Shown here piece after piece: positions 1-9,160 of a stretch of 64,000 nt of DNA. Made by a program: the position numbers and the translations under genes. Location of the stretch: assembly GCA_041891055.1 (NCBI GenBank), contig CP169074.1, forward strand, positions 1,152,001 to 1,216,000, in the 5' to 3' direction. Every line of letters starts with the position of its first letter. Within the stretch, counting starts at the first letter, position 1. A model generated the notes under the pieces. The model was not told where the DNA came from, made no database searches, and saw only the letters and a list, made by a program, of their open reading frames with translations. The stretch comes from Halorutilales archaeon Cl-col2-1 (GTDB taxonomy: Archaea; Halobacteriota; Halobacteria; Halobacteriales; Afararchaeaceae).

Positions 1-1
1 G

Positions 2-667
2 ACGGGGGCAAACTTCATCTCGGTACGTGGACCCCAGCTACTCTCGAAATGGGTCGGAGAGTCGGAGAAGGCTATACGTCAGACATTCAGGAAGGCACGC
101 CAGGTCGCTCCGTGTGTCATCTTCTTCGACGAACTCGACTCGCTCGCGCCGTCGCGCCAGACAGACACGGGCACGAAGGTCAGCGAACGCGTCGTCAACC
201 AGCTTCTGACAGAGATGGACGGACTCGAAGAGTTAGAGGACGTCATGGTAATCGCGGCTACGAACCGCCCCGACATGATCGACCCCGCGCTACTGCGGTC
301 GGGGAGGTTCGACAGGCTCGTACTCCTCGGATCGCCCGACGCCGACGGGAGGAAGGAGATCTTCAACATACACACTCGCGACTCTCCGCTCTCCGAAGAC
401 GTCGACCTCGAAGATCTCGCGGGACTCACCGACGGATACGTGGGTAGTGACATAGAAGCGATAGCGAGGGAAGCGGCACTCATAGCACTACGTGAGGACG
501 AGGAAGCCGAGGAGATAAAGATGGAGCACTTCCGCGAGGCACTCAACAAGGTACGTCCGACGATCACCGACGACATACGTGAGTACTACGAACAGATGAA
601 GGAGGAGTTCGAGGGCGGAAAGGAGCCAGTGACGGGAAGACGTGAGTCCCAGATCGGCTTCCGGTAG
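2..667 (+). CDS. CDC48/VCP-type AAA+ ATPase, C-terminal part (5' end outside window)
   Basis: Open frame from base 2: ANFISVRGPQLLSKWVGESE, Walker B IFFDELD, SRH motif AATNRPDMIDPALLRSGRFD. Confidence 0.95.
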   Translation, partial: TGANFISVRGPQLLSKWVGESEKAIRQTFRKARQVAPCVIFFDELDSLAPSRQTDTGTKVSERVVNQLLTEMDGLEELEDVMVIAATNRPDMIDPALLRSGRFDRLVLLGSPDADGRKEIFNIHTRDSPLSEDVDLEDLAGLTDGYVGSDIEAIAREAALIALREDEEAEEIKMEHFREALNKVRPTITDDIREYYEQMKEEFEGGKEPVTGRRESQIGFR

Positions 668-732
668 GGTACTGTAGTACGCGGCTTATCGGTATTCTTT
701 TATCCCATACGACTCTATCTGTTAACGTAAGT

Positions 733-805
733 GGCCGGGATGGGGTAGTGGTTATCCTTTGGCCCTGTGGAGGCCAAGACCCGGGTTCAATTCTCGGTCC
801 CGGCC
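733..805 (+). tRNA. tRNA-His(GTG) with genome-encoded G-1; CCA not encoded
   Basis: Acceptor GCCGGGA/TCCCGGC, anticodon arm TGGCC-CTGTGGA-GGCCA, T arm CCGGG-TTCAATT-CTCGG; G733 opposite discriminator C805; TATA-like TTTTAT near 697-702. Confidence 0.95.
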
Positions 806-827
806 CTTTGCTTTGTGAAGTCGAATA

Positions 828-1262
828 CTACTCCTGTGGGTTCTGGGTACTGATACCCTGAGCCTCGGCTACTCTGTTCAGCTTTCTGTCCGCGGATACG
901 AACCATAGGTCTTCTCGATTCACTGTCAGTGCTGCAGAGAGCTGTAGACTATCGAGTGTTCTGAGATCCTCTGTAAGTATTAGACTGAATGAATACTCTG
1001 TAAGAGACTCTTCGAGAGGTAATATGAGGAAGTTTTCGAGAGCTTCCTCGAAAAAGGCAGAGAGTAGTTGATTCATTCTGTCTTCCTCGATACCCCCACG
1101 GTTGTACTTTCTACGGAAAGCGGATGTGGTCTCTATTACTGAGAGTGAAGTGATTATAACCTGTGACTCTTTGTCGTCGATCATCTCATCGACTTTTTCG
1201 GAGCCGTCCTCCTCGTAATACCTCTTGACTAGAGCGGATGTATCGAAGAAAAGATATCTCAT
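828..1262 (-). CDS. vapC: VapC-family PIN-domain toxin
   Basis: FFDTSALVKRY start, LRTLDSLQL, FVSADRKL; small upstream partner gene. Confidence 0.9.
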   Translation of the reverse strand: MRYLFFDTSALVKRYYEEDGSEKVDEMIDDKESQVIITSLSVIETTSAFRRKYNRGGIEEDRMNQLLSAFFEEALENFLILPLEESLTEYSFSLILTEDLRTLDSLQLSAALTVNREDLWFVSADRKLNRVAEAQGISTQNPQE

Positions 1263-1270
1263 GCCTGAAA

Positions 1271-1468
1271 CTACAGTCTCTCCTCACGACCTTCGTCGAC
1301 TATCTCTGAGAGGCTCTTTCCTTCAATCCCTTTCCTTAGCTCCTCTGTCTCGGATTCAGTTCTGTGTTCCTCGACGAACTCCCTCATGCTGTTCCTCAAT
1401 CCCATTGTCTTTGATTTGTTGAGTAGCTGTTCGCCCAAGAACTCAGTCTTATCAGAGGTTTTGCTCAT
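1271..1468 (-). CDS. Putative antitoxin of the VapC
   Basis: 65 aa, ends SLSEIVDEGREERL, 8 bp upstream of the PIN gene. Confidence 0.7.
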   Translation of the reverse strand: MSKTSDKTEFLGEQLLNKSKTMGLRNSMREFVEEHRTESETEELRKGIEGKSLSEIVDEGREERL

Positions 1469-1546
1469 TCTACCGACTATTCGGGGTTTGATCTTAAAAC
1501 AGTTCGCCCGGCTGGCTCAGACGATCAGTAGCTGACGAAACCCATG

Positions 1547-2848
1547 TCATTTCTCCGTGTCGATGTACTCCCTCAGAACCACTGTAGCGTAGCTACCCTT
1601 AGGAAGCGCGAACTCGAACTCGACGCAGTCTTCGAAAGTCTCGTATTCGATATCGGTCGAGACGAGAACCGCACGTCTCGTTCCCTCCGAACCGTAGCCG
1701 TCGTCCCTGTCGAAGTCCTCCTTTTCGAGACTATACTCTTCGAGGACGCGTCTCTCTATCTCGCCGAGTCTGCCGCCGCTGAGATCCGTCTCGGAGCCGA
1801 CGAGAGGCGCGGTCACGAAGGCGCGCCCCCTCTCAACGTGTCGGTTTACGGTCTCGACGTTAGACTCGGTGACTTTTTGGAGGCTGTCTGTATCGGGGAC
1901 TCGGACGCCATCTATCTTATCGCCCGCGAAACAGACGACGTCACCGACGTACGCCTCGTCGAATCCCATGCCCTCGTCGTATCTCTCCCTCAGTATTACG
2001 TTGAATAGACGTGACTGGACGGCGTTGACGAAGAGACGCCGGAGGTTACTCGGTAGCGATTCGAGTGCTTCCTCGTACGAGTCGCCCTCGACGACTGCGT
2101 GGATCATCGCCCTCTCGTAGCCGAGGTAGTTCGGGAAGTAGTCGAGAGCCTCTTTGAAGTCGAGGTTCTCCTTGAGACGCCGACGTGCTTCCCTCGTCCT
2201 CTCGGGCTCGTCGGGGTACGGCTCGGCGACGTACTCGAGCACAGCCGACTCGTAGTCGTCACGGAGTATGTGTTCGCCGACCTTGTGTGTCACGGGACGT
2301 TTCGAGCCGAACCTCTGGACTCCGAAGAGGTTGGGTACGCCGCCGAAGTCGTCGATCTCTCCGTCTATGGCATCGAGGTTCTCGGGATTCTCGGGGTTGC
2401 GTAGCCTGATCTCGAAACGGTTGCCCTTGAGGTCGCCGAGCGAGATATAACGGTTCGACCGTCCGAGGTACTCGATCTCGGCTCCGTCGACTGAGACATC
2501 CTCGATCTCGTCGCGCGAGACGTCCTTCACAGTCATAAACTGAGTCGTGACGGCGTTCTTGTCCTTAGTCCCCGCCCAAGAGACACGTTCCCTGCTTATT
2601 CCGAGCGCGTTCGAGAGGTCACGTGCGAAGCCGTGTGTCTCGTATCCCGTGAGACGCACCTCGACGACTGCGTACTCCCCCTCACTGTTGTCGGAGTAGT
2701 CGAACCCCGAGACCTCGTCTACGACGAAGTCCTCGGGCTGGGTCTTTATCTCGCCGCCGACACCCGGTGTAGACGAGACGTACCAGTCAAGTCCTAGGTC
2801 GGTATCAGTGTTAGTATCGTCAGTGTCAGTATTAGTATCAGAAGACAT
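1547..2848 (-). CDS. truD: tRNA pseudouridine(13) synthase TruD
   Basis: PEDFVVDEV, AGTKDKNAVTTQ, NLFGVQRFG, FALPKGSYATVVLRE. Confidence 0.95.
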   Translation of the reverse strand: MSSDTNTDTDDTNTDTDLGLDWYVSSTPGVGGEIKTQPEDFVVDEVSGFDYSDNSEGEYAVVEVRLTGYETHGFARDLSNALGISRERVSWAGTKDKNAVTTQFMTVKDVSRDEIEDVSVDGAEIEYLGRSNRYISLGDLKGNRFEIRLRNPENPENLDAIDGEIDDFGGVPNLFGVQRFGSKRPVTHKVGEHILRDDYESAVLEYVAEPYPDEPERTREARRRLKENLDFKEALDYFPNYLGYERAMIHAVVEGDSYEEALESLPSNLRRLFVNAVQSRLFNVILRERYDEGMGFDEAYVGDVVCFAGDKIDGVRVPDTDSLQKVTESNVETVNRHVERGRAFVTAPLVGSETDLSGGRLGEIERRVLEEYSLEKEDFDRDDGYGSEGTRRAVLVSTDIEYETFEDCVEFEFALPKGSYATVVLREYIDTEK

Positions 2849-2899
2849 AGTTATCTACTCCGTACTGCGTACTATTTCGACGTAAGCCTTCGTAATCAG

Positions 2900-3730
2900 T
2901 TAGGATAGAGTTTCTGTGGCGTCCCCGCCAAGAAGACCTGACTCACGTAGCTCCAGTGTGCCTTTCTTGGAGACGTAGACGTTCTTGTTATTAACACTGA
3001 CCTCACCGTCATCGACGAACTCCCTGAGAAGACCCGCAAGCTCGTTCAGGTACTCTCTCGGACGTTCTTCACGTATTCCTACTCCTCTGCCCCGTGCTTC
3101 GCCCCTCGAATGGGCTCTGTTGAAGAGGTAGATACGTACGAAGTCGCGTTTGACTTGGGTTCGGTCGGTGTCGAGATACTCCGGGAGTGTGATGGAGCCG
3201 TGGGCTTTCGTGCCGACCGGCGCGCCCAGACAGCTCAGAACGCGTCCGAGGAGAGTCGCGTCGTCGGGTACTGCCTCGTCGGCTTTCGCCTCGCGTTTTA
3301 CGATATCGAATCCGAGTCCCAGACTCTCGAATACCGACTCGATCACCTTTCTCTCTTCGGAGCCCTCGACTGAGAAGGTGGCTTTGTACTGCGACTTAGT
3401 TATACTGCCGCCGCTGAAGATCCACGCAGTCAGTCTGTTGAGACAGCGGAAGTTCGAGTCGTCGTAGTCGAGGTCGAGCCAGCCGTGCTCGCGCGCCGTC
3501 TCTATTCCCCTGAGAACGTCGGGCTTGCCGCCCTCGATCCACGTACGTATACGGCTACGTGGAACCCCCTCCATACGCGAGGATACCGCACTCGACTTGA
3601 GACCCGTCTTCCTGTGAATGTCGATCGCCTTCCTGTACTGGTCTACGAAGTCGTACGGCGACGAGTAGGTCTCGGCGAGATCCTCCTCGGTGACGAGAGG
3701 CTCGGCGTCTCTCCGGCTATCGGATCGCAT
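2900..3730 (-). CDS. Hypothetical protein: N-terminal HTH-like region plus possible degenerate LAGLIDADG-like fold
   Basis: 276 aa; VPRSRIRTWIEGGKP (HTH-like) and LTAWIFSGGSI (LAGLIDADG-like helix). Confidence 0.5.
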   Translation of the reverse strand: MRSDSRRDAEPLVTEEDLAETYSSPYDFVDQYRKAIDIHRKTGLKSSAVSSRMEGVPRSRIRTWIEGGKPDVLRGIETAREHGWLDLDYDDSNFRCLNRLTAWIFSGGSITKSQYKATFSVEGSEERKVIESVFESLGLGFDIVKREAKADEAVPDDATLLGRVLSCLGAPVGTKAHGSITLPEYLDTDRTQVKRDFVRIYLFNRAHSRGEARGRGVGIREERPREYLNELAGLLREFVDDGEVSVNNKNVYVSKKGTLELRESGLLGGDATETLS

Positions 3731-3845
3731 CTCTGTCTCAGCATAGGCTCGGAGTACATATCAAGCTTTGCGAGGAACATATCGGTGTGAACAGAGGTGG
3801 ACTCACACTAACTTTTATATAGGATTCGGTTCGTATGACACAGAT

Positions 3846-4235
3846 ATGGCACAAAAGAACAGGAAGAGGACGGACGACGCTGTGTCGCCGGTTATCGGCG
3901 TGATACTCATGGTCGCCATAACCGTGATACTCGCCGCCGTCATCGGTACCTTCGTGCTTGGACTCGGTGGTCAGGTGCAACAGAACGCTCAGGCAGGGTT
4001 TACTTTCGATCAAAGTGGTAGTAGTCCGCCAACTGTAACTGTTACACTATCTTCAAAGCAAAGACTAGACAGTTGGAGTGCTACATGTAGTGGTGATGAG
4101 GACGGAACAATAGACACTGGAACTACCACTGTTGGTGACACAAACACAATAGACTGTTCGTCTGGGGAAACAGTTACAATTGTAGGAACATACCAAGGTA
4201 GCGAGAACGTCATAACGACGTACGAAGTCAAGTAG
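3846..4235 (+). CDS. Archaeal type IV pilin (DUF1628 N-terminus)
   Basis: Class III signal peptide RTDDA-VSPVIGVILMVAITVILAAVIGTFVLG; start moved to ATG 3846 downstream of TTTTATAT. Confidence 0.92.
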   Translation: MAQKNRKRTDDAVSPVIGVILMVAITVILAAVIGTFVLGLGGQVQQNAQAGFTFDQSGSSPPTVTVTLSSKQRLDSWSATCSGDEDGTIDTGTTTVGDTNTIDCSSGETVTIVGTYQGSENVITTYEVK

Positions 4236-4483
4236 AAACCTCCATTCGTCTCGGTTCTTTGTTTTCTCGGATAGGCAGTATATTTATAAGGTATGTAAGT
4301 GTATAGTCTGGGTATGGTAAGAAAAGCCAAGGAGAAACTCAGTGACGACGCTGTGTCACCCGTTATAGGCGTGATACTCATGGTCGCCATAACCGTGATA
4401 CTCGCCGCTGTGATCGGTACCTTCGTGCTTGGACTCGGTGGACAGGTGCAACAGAACGCTCAGGCAGGGTTTACTTTCGATCA
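3873..4483 (+). repeat. 140-bp direct repeat (3873-4012 and 4344-4483) encoding the pilin N-termini
   Basis: 134/140 identical by manual alignment; all six differences are synonymous third positions. Confidence 0.9.
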
Positions 4484-4691
4484 GGATGGGACGGATGTAA
4501 CAGTAACTACAACATCAGTGCAGAGAGCAGATTCATTTACTGCTAAAGGTGATTGTGATACTTTAAATGACCCATCCACTCAGGTAGGTACTACAGTTAC
4601 TATGGAATCCTGCACCTCCGGAGGAACACTAAGGATAGTCGGTAACTATCAGGGCAGCTCCAACGTCATCACGACATACGAAATCAAGTAA
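4314..4691 (+). CDS. Archaeal type IV pilin (DUF1628 N-terminus), second copy
   Basis: Same hydrophobic domain; own TATA box TTTATAA near 4283-4289. Confidence 0.92.
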   Translation: MVRKAKEKLSDDAVSPVIGVILMVAITVILAAVIGTFVLGLGGQVQQNAQAGFTFDQDGTDVTVTTTSVQRADSFTAKGDCDTLNDPSTQVGTTVTMESCTSGGTLRIVGNYQGSSNVITTYEIK

Positions 4692-4762
4692 TTTCGTCGA
4701 CGTCTCAGACCGTCCGTTTTATTTTTGGATCTTTTGGAACACAGATATCCAGGATTCCGTGA

Positions 4763-6664
4763 TTATAATCCCAAATACTCTGAGATAATCCGAACAACCG
4801 GCATAGCGGGTTCGTAGTTTATCATTAAGTCGGAGTAGCTCCACCAGAAGAGAACCAGAAAGACTGTCGTGAGACCGTAGACGAAGCCTATCAGTGCGTT
4901 TCCTATCCGTGGGTAGTCCCTGTTAGAGAAGGTGGAGACGAGGCTCCAGACTCCGAGAGTCGACGCCCCGAGTAAGTTTAGGATCGCGTGTAGCTGTACA
5001 GCCTCGGAGAGTGCCGGACGTACGTATCCCACGAGAACGCCGAAGAGTAGCTGACCGCCTATCAGGACGGTCACGGCATACGTCCACGTGAAGGTACTCG
5101 AAGCCATACTTCGGCTCTCTTCTACCGCGCGCGAGACTGAGGGTATGCGGAAGACGCCGTATATCAGAAGCGGTACTACCGGAACCACGTATCTCATGGT
5201 TATCTGTGCATGGACAGGGAGACGTGACATGTACATCAGCGTGAAGAGAGACGAGTACACGAGTACGAAGAGATCCGTCTGTCTCGCAGGGTTCGATAAG
5301 TCGAACCGTCCGAGTCCGGATTCACGGAGTTTGATTATGGCTATCACGGGTACTGAGATTAGTGATCCGAGGACCGGAGTCGATTCGAGTATAGTCAGAT
5401 CGATAACCCACTGGGACTGGAGCGAGTAGTCTATGCTCTCGATCCGACCGCTTCTTATGAAGGTGTGGTACAGACGCCGCGGCTGTTGTGTGACCGCATG
5501 AAACCCCTCGACGAAGAGGTTACTGAGTATGAGAAGCTTGTCGAAAGCCGAGAAGACGTAGCTCAGTGGCGGTAGCTGAGTTATAGCTCCGAATCCTGAT
5601 GACCCTCCCGAGGATGCCCCGGACGCCTCTCCTAACCCGGTTCCGGCTCTGCCGAGTAGACGTGGAGGCTTAAGCGGACTCCCGGAGATCAGGAAGTTCG
5701 TCAGGAAGAAGGGTATGAGAGAGACCAGAAACGCCGTACCTACCACAGTGAGGTGCTTGGGGCTGTTAGAGTCCGAACTCAGGAAATCGAAGGGTAGTAA
5801 GACCGAGAGAAGGAGTAAGGCTTCGGGGGCGTGAACCCACGCGAGTAGCCCGACCGAGACATACGACAGGGAGCGGTAACGGAGTTCGTCGTTAGGGAGT
5901 TTAGAGTCACTCCCTCTATAGAAGAAGTAGACAGTCAAGACCGAGAGAAGAGCCGTGATGACGTGTCTCTTGGGTATAGTCGCCCAGAAGGCTACCGGAC
6001 TCCCAAACAAGACACCCACTCCCGCATATACCCCGACTCTCTGGCTGTGTATCTCCGAGAGTAGTCGGTATACTGTGACCCCTACGAGACCCGCGCCAAC
6101 CATACTGCTTAGCTGGAGTCCGATGAACGGAATCCATTTCGGATTTATGGGGGTTGCGAGATGCACGTTGACCACGAAGAGAGCCACAGATACTATGCTA
6201 CTGAATCCTGTAACCGTCTTCTCTCTTTTCAGAATCCTTCCCAACTCCACCCCTGTCTGTAAGAGAACCAGACTCCACAGACCACTCAGAAAGATACGCA
6301 TGTCGGCTATCAGTTCCAGAGACTTGAGAATTAAGACAAAGGGAAGAGCGAAGAAGACGTGACCGTAGTTACGTCCGTAGAGCTTTCCATCGATACGGAA
6401 AGCACCGGGTGTGTTTCCCGACTCGGGACCGTACACGACATCAGTTACATGGAGATGTCCCTCCGATACGCCCACGACTGCGTTAGCAACGGTGTAGTTG
6501 TCAGTTATAAAGAACCCCACACGCCAGACCGACATGAAGAAAAAGACTGAAGACAGAAACAGGAAGATCCCAGTCGTGTCGCCGAATACATACAGTGATA
6601 ACTTCCTGAAACTCCTAGACATCTCCTCGTATCTGTCAACTAGTCTCGCCGGAGAAGAACTCAT
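4763..6664 (-). CDS. Polytopic membrane protein, possibly GT-C-fold glycosyltransferase-like
   Basis: 633 aa with many hydrophobic segments and large external loops. Confidence 0.55.
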   Translation of the reverse strand: MSSSPARLVDRYEEMSRSFRKLSLYVFGDTTGIFLFLSSVFFFMSVWRVGFFITDNYTVANAVVGVSEGHLHVTDVVYGPESGNTPGAFRIDGKLYGRNYGHVFFALPFVLILKSLELIADMRIFLSGLWSLVLLQTGVELGRILKREKTVTGFSSIVSVALFVVNVHLATPINPKWIPFIGLQLSSMVGAGLVGVTVYRLLSEIHSQRVGVYAGVGVLFGSPVAFWATIPKRHVITALLSVLTVYFFYRGSDSKLPNDELRYRSLSYVSVGLLAWVHAPEALLLLSVLLPFDFLSSDSNSPKHLTVVGTAFLVSLIPFFLTNFLISGSPLKPPRLLGRAGTGLGEASGASSGGSSGFGAITQLPPLSYVFSAFDKLLILSNLFVEGFHAVTQQPRRLYHTFIRSGRIESIDYSLQSQWVIDLTILESTPVLGSLISVPVIAIIKLRESGLGRFDLSNPARQTDLFVLVYSSLFTLMYMSRLPVHAQITMRYVVPVVPLLIYGVFRIPSVSRAVEESRSMASSTFTWTYAVTVLIGGQLLFGVLVGYVRPALSEAVQLHAILNLLGASTLGVWSLVSTFSNRDYPRIGNALIGFVYGLTTVFLVLFWWSYSDLMINYEPAMPVVRIISEYLGL

Positions 6665-7149
6665 TCATTCACCTCTATACTGACGTTGTCACTGTACAAG
6701 CTTCTGGTACTGTTTCCATTACGCACGAGAACCGAGACAGTTCCGTTGTAGGAGTTATTCTGTATCTCGTCAGGCGAAAAACCATTCCTTCTCAGAGATA
6801 GTTTGAGAGAGTCGCGCTTTTCCTCCATGAAACGTAATGATGTTCCCGTGTAACCCAGCTCTGGTATCTCCATCTTATACACTAAGATCGGGCTACCGGT
6901 GATCTCCCGTATTTCCACTGTCGCAGACGGCGTGTGCAGGTAGTAAGTCTCCGAGCCATACATACCCGGTTCAAGCTTAAATACCTTGGACGAGAGACTA
7001 ACTTGCTTCACAGATACGGAGCCTTGGTTCCCCAGACTCACTCCATTATCTGCTTCTGCACTTATGAGTTCAAACGGCGAACCCGAAACTCCAATCCCAG
7101 CTAAGATAATAAGGACAGAAAACAGTCGGATAAAACGTGTCATGTCCAT
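6661..7149 (-). CDS. Exported hypothetical protein
   Basis: N-terminal hydrophobic signal; 4-bp overlap with the membrane protein gene. Confidence 0.65.
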   Translation of the reverse strand: MDMTRFIRLFSVLIILAGIGVSGSPFELISAEADNGVSLGNQGSVSVKQVSLSSKVFKLEPGMYGSETYYLHTPSATVEIREITGSPILVYKMEIPELGYTGTSLRFMEEKRDSLKLSLRRNGFSPDEIQNNSYNGTVSVLVRNGNSTRSLYSDNVSIEVNE

Positions 7150-7190
7150 ACTGCTTAGCTACAGATCCCGAGTATATAAACTCCCTCAAC

Positions 7191-7529
7191 CTAAAGAAGC
7201 CTCAGACCCCCTGTCACCCTGTCGACTTCGTCGTCGGCTGCGGGTCCGACTCCGAGTGCCGTCAGAGTTCCGGGCTCTATCTGAGTGTGTCCCGCGTCGC
7301 GTATGAGAGAAGTCGGAAGCCCCATCGACTCCGCCTCACGTTTGAGTTCGAGAAGATCAGACTCCGAGTCGGCTTCTAAGACGACCTTCTTCATCCCCGT
7401 CGACTTCCAGTCGGTCTGTGCGTCTTCCGACGCCTTCTCGTACGCCTGAAGTGAGGCATGGGCGACCTGTGACGCCGTCTTGCCGTCTCCCATTCCGAGG
7501 TCAGTCCTGACAACTATAGACTGTTTCAT
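7191..7529 (-). CDS. pth2: Peptidyl-tRNA hydrolase Pth2
   Basis: [25 protein letters not shown] and [19 protein letters not shown]; true start ATG 7529. Confidence 0.95.
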   Translation of the reverse strand: MKQSIVVRTDLGMGDGKTASQVAHASLQAYEKASEDAQTDWKSTGMKKVVLEADSESDLLELKREAESMGLPTSLIRDAGHTQIEPGTLTALGVGPAADDEVDRVTGGLRLL

Positions 7530-7536
7530 GGACTCT

Positions 7537-7989
7537 CTACGAGTCGGTCTCCAAGAAACCCTGTGGAACGTAGTCGGGACAGACCATCTCCTTCTCGACC
7601 CTCGTCTCGGCTTCGTGTTTTTCGCAGTAGACCTGTGTCTCGCCGTGGCGTTTCCGGAAGTCGACATGGGCGCAGTTGCCACAGTAATGCTGTCCCACCG
7701 AGTCGTACGCCTCGCCTTCGAGTCCGGTTTCGTCGAAGCTGACGAGTTCGACCTCGTCGCCGTCGTCCGACTTCTCGATCCGATCCTTCCTGACCGTGTG
7801 TTCACGTAACTCCTCTATCGAGTCTATGTCTCTCACGAGAACCTCGTCGAGTCCGGCGTACTCTATCTCACCGAGGTCTTCGGAGTCACCGTCCTCGTCG
7901 TCGTCTTCGGCACCCTCGTCTATGCGGTCCGACTTCCGTGTCTTCTCCCTGAGTTCGTCTACGTCTATCTCGTCGGGGTCGTCGGTCAT
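7537..7989 (-). CDS. Acidic protein with C-terminal Cys cluster, coupled to ParA gene
   Basis: CGNC...CEKH...CPDY; 4-bp overlap with the ParA gene. Confidence 0.7.
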   Translation of the reverse strand: MTDDPDEIDVDELREKTRKSDRIDEGAEDDDEDGDSEDLGEIEYAGLDEVLVRDIDSIEELREHTVRKDRIEKSDDGDEVELVSFDETGLEGEAYDSVGQHYCGNCAHVDFRKRHGETQVYCEKHEAETRVEKEMVCPDYVPQGFLETDS

Positions 7990-8903
7990 CGTGGCTCTGT
8001 CACCTCCTCAGCATCGACAGTCTCTGAGACATCGGCGTCGTCTAATCCCTCGTCTCTCAGCCGTCTCGCGAGCTCCTCGGCGTTTTCGAGGAAGGCTCTC
8101 CTAGCCCTCTTCGCGGTACGTGAAGGCTCTTCGAGACTGAAGACCGTCGAGCCGTCGTTGGCGGCGTTCCTTATGTCCTGGCTCTTGGGTATGTAAGACG
8201 GCGCTATCCTGTCGGGGTACTCGTCCTCGAACGCTTCGAGATACTCGTCTGCGAGTCGTGTCTGGCGGTTGACCTTATTAGGAACGACCATCTTGAGATC
8301 GACACCGACCTCGAAGCTGTCGTCTATCTTTGCGAGGTCGTTACGTAGAGCCGCCGCCTGGCTAGCCTCGAAGACCCCCATCTCGACGGGAGCCACGACG
8401 TTCTTCGCCGCCCAGAGACCGTTGTAAGAGACATTATTCGTTATTCCCGGAAGGTCTATCAGGACGAAGTCGTATCCTCGCGGGTCGATGTACGACGACA
8501 GAAACGAGTCGAAACGCGAGTACCTGTCGACTGGATCGTCTATGCTTCCGAGCTCTGTGTCGAGCGAGTCGAGTCCGGGATGTGCGGGGATTATGTCGGG
8601 ACCTTCCTCGGTCTCATATATCAGACCCTCGACAGCTTCGTCACCCAGCTTTCTCGCGATTATCTCCCACTCGTCCTGGAAGACTGTGCTTATGTTGGGC
8701 CAGTCGTCCTCGTTTTCGATACTCTCCTCGACCCTGTCCCAGAGACCGAAATGCTTGACGAGGTCGCCCTGCTTTCCCGCGAGGTCGATCAGGAGGACGT
8801 CGTGACCCTTCTCGGCGAGACCGACTCCCAAGTGAGCCGAGACTGTCGTCTTCCCCGTTCCCCCTTTGTCGAGAAACGTCGCAACACGGAGAGGTGTCTG
8901 CAT
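7986..8903 (-). CDS. ParA/Soj/MinD-family ATPase
   Basis: Deviant Walker A KGGTGKTT, LLIDL, FVLIDLPG, VVPNK. Confidence 0.92.
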   Translation of the reverse strand: MQTPLRVATFLDKGGTGKTTVSAHLGVGLAEKGHDVLLIDLAGKQGDLVKHFGLWDRVEESIENEDDWPNISTVFQDEWEIIARKLGDEAVEGLIYETEEGPDIIPAHPGLDSLDTELGSIDDPVDRYSRFDSFLSSYIDPRGYDFVLIDLPGITNNVSYNGLWAAKNVVAPVEMGVFEASQAAALRNDLAKIDDSFEVGVDLKMVVPNKVNRQTRLADEYLEAFEDEYPDRIAPSYIPKSQDIRNAANDGSTVFSLEEPSRTAKRARRAFLENAEELARRLRDEGLDDADVSETVDAEEVTEPR

Positions 8904-9007
8904 ATCTCTTATCTTTACGTCGTCGCGTATAAGCCTTTGTCAGACGCCGACGCAGACCTAACAAGAGTCAACTACCCCACCCTACTTCGCTCACCCTGAC
9001 GGGTTCG

Positions 9008-9054
9008 TCACAAGATCTCCGATCTTGTTGGCTCGGAAATCGGAGATTTCCGAA
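9008..9054 (+). repeat. Double-hairpin micro-element A1 (47 bp)
   Basis: ACAAGATC-TCC-GATCTTGT and TCGGAAATC-GGA-GATTTCCGA; flanked CG...CA. Confidence 0.85.
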
Positions 9055-9069
9055 CACTCGTTGAGGGTG

Positions 9070-9160
9070 TCGTCAGAAGCGGAGCTTCTGACTGCTCGCA
9101 AATCTACGATTTGTGATGTCTCTGAGGGGACCTCAGAGGCTCGTGAACTTTCGTTCACGA
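9070..9160 (+). repeat. Two tandem double-hairpin micro-elements A2a (9070-9116, 47 bp) and A2b (9119-9160, 42 bp)
   Basis: Pattern TG-[unit]-TG-[unit]-TG; four 8-9 bp stems with 3-4 nt loops. Confidence 0.85.

Noticed and set aside
806-1545. vapBC next to tRNA-His as an integrated element
   Set aside because: No integrase and no convincing duplicate of the tRNA 3' end in the window.
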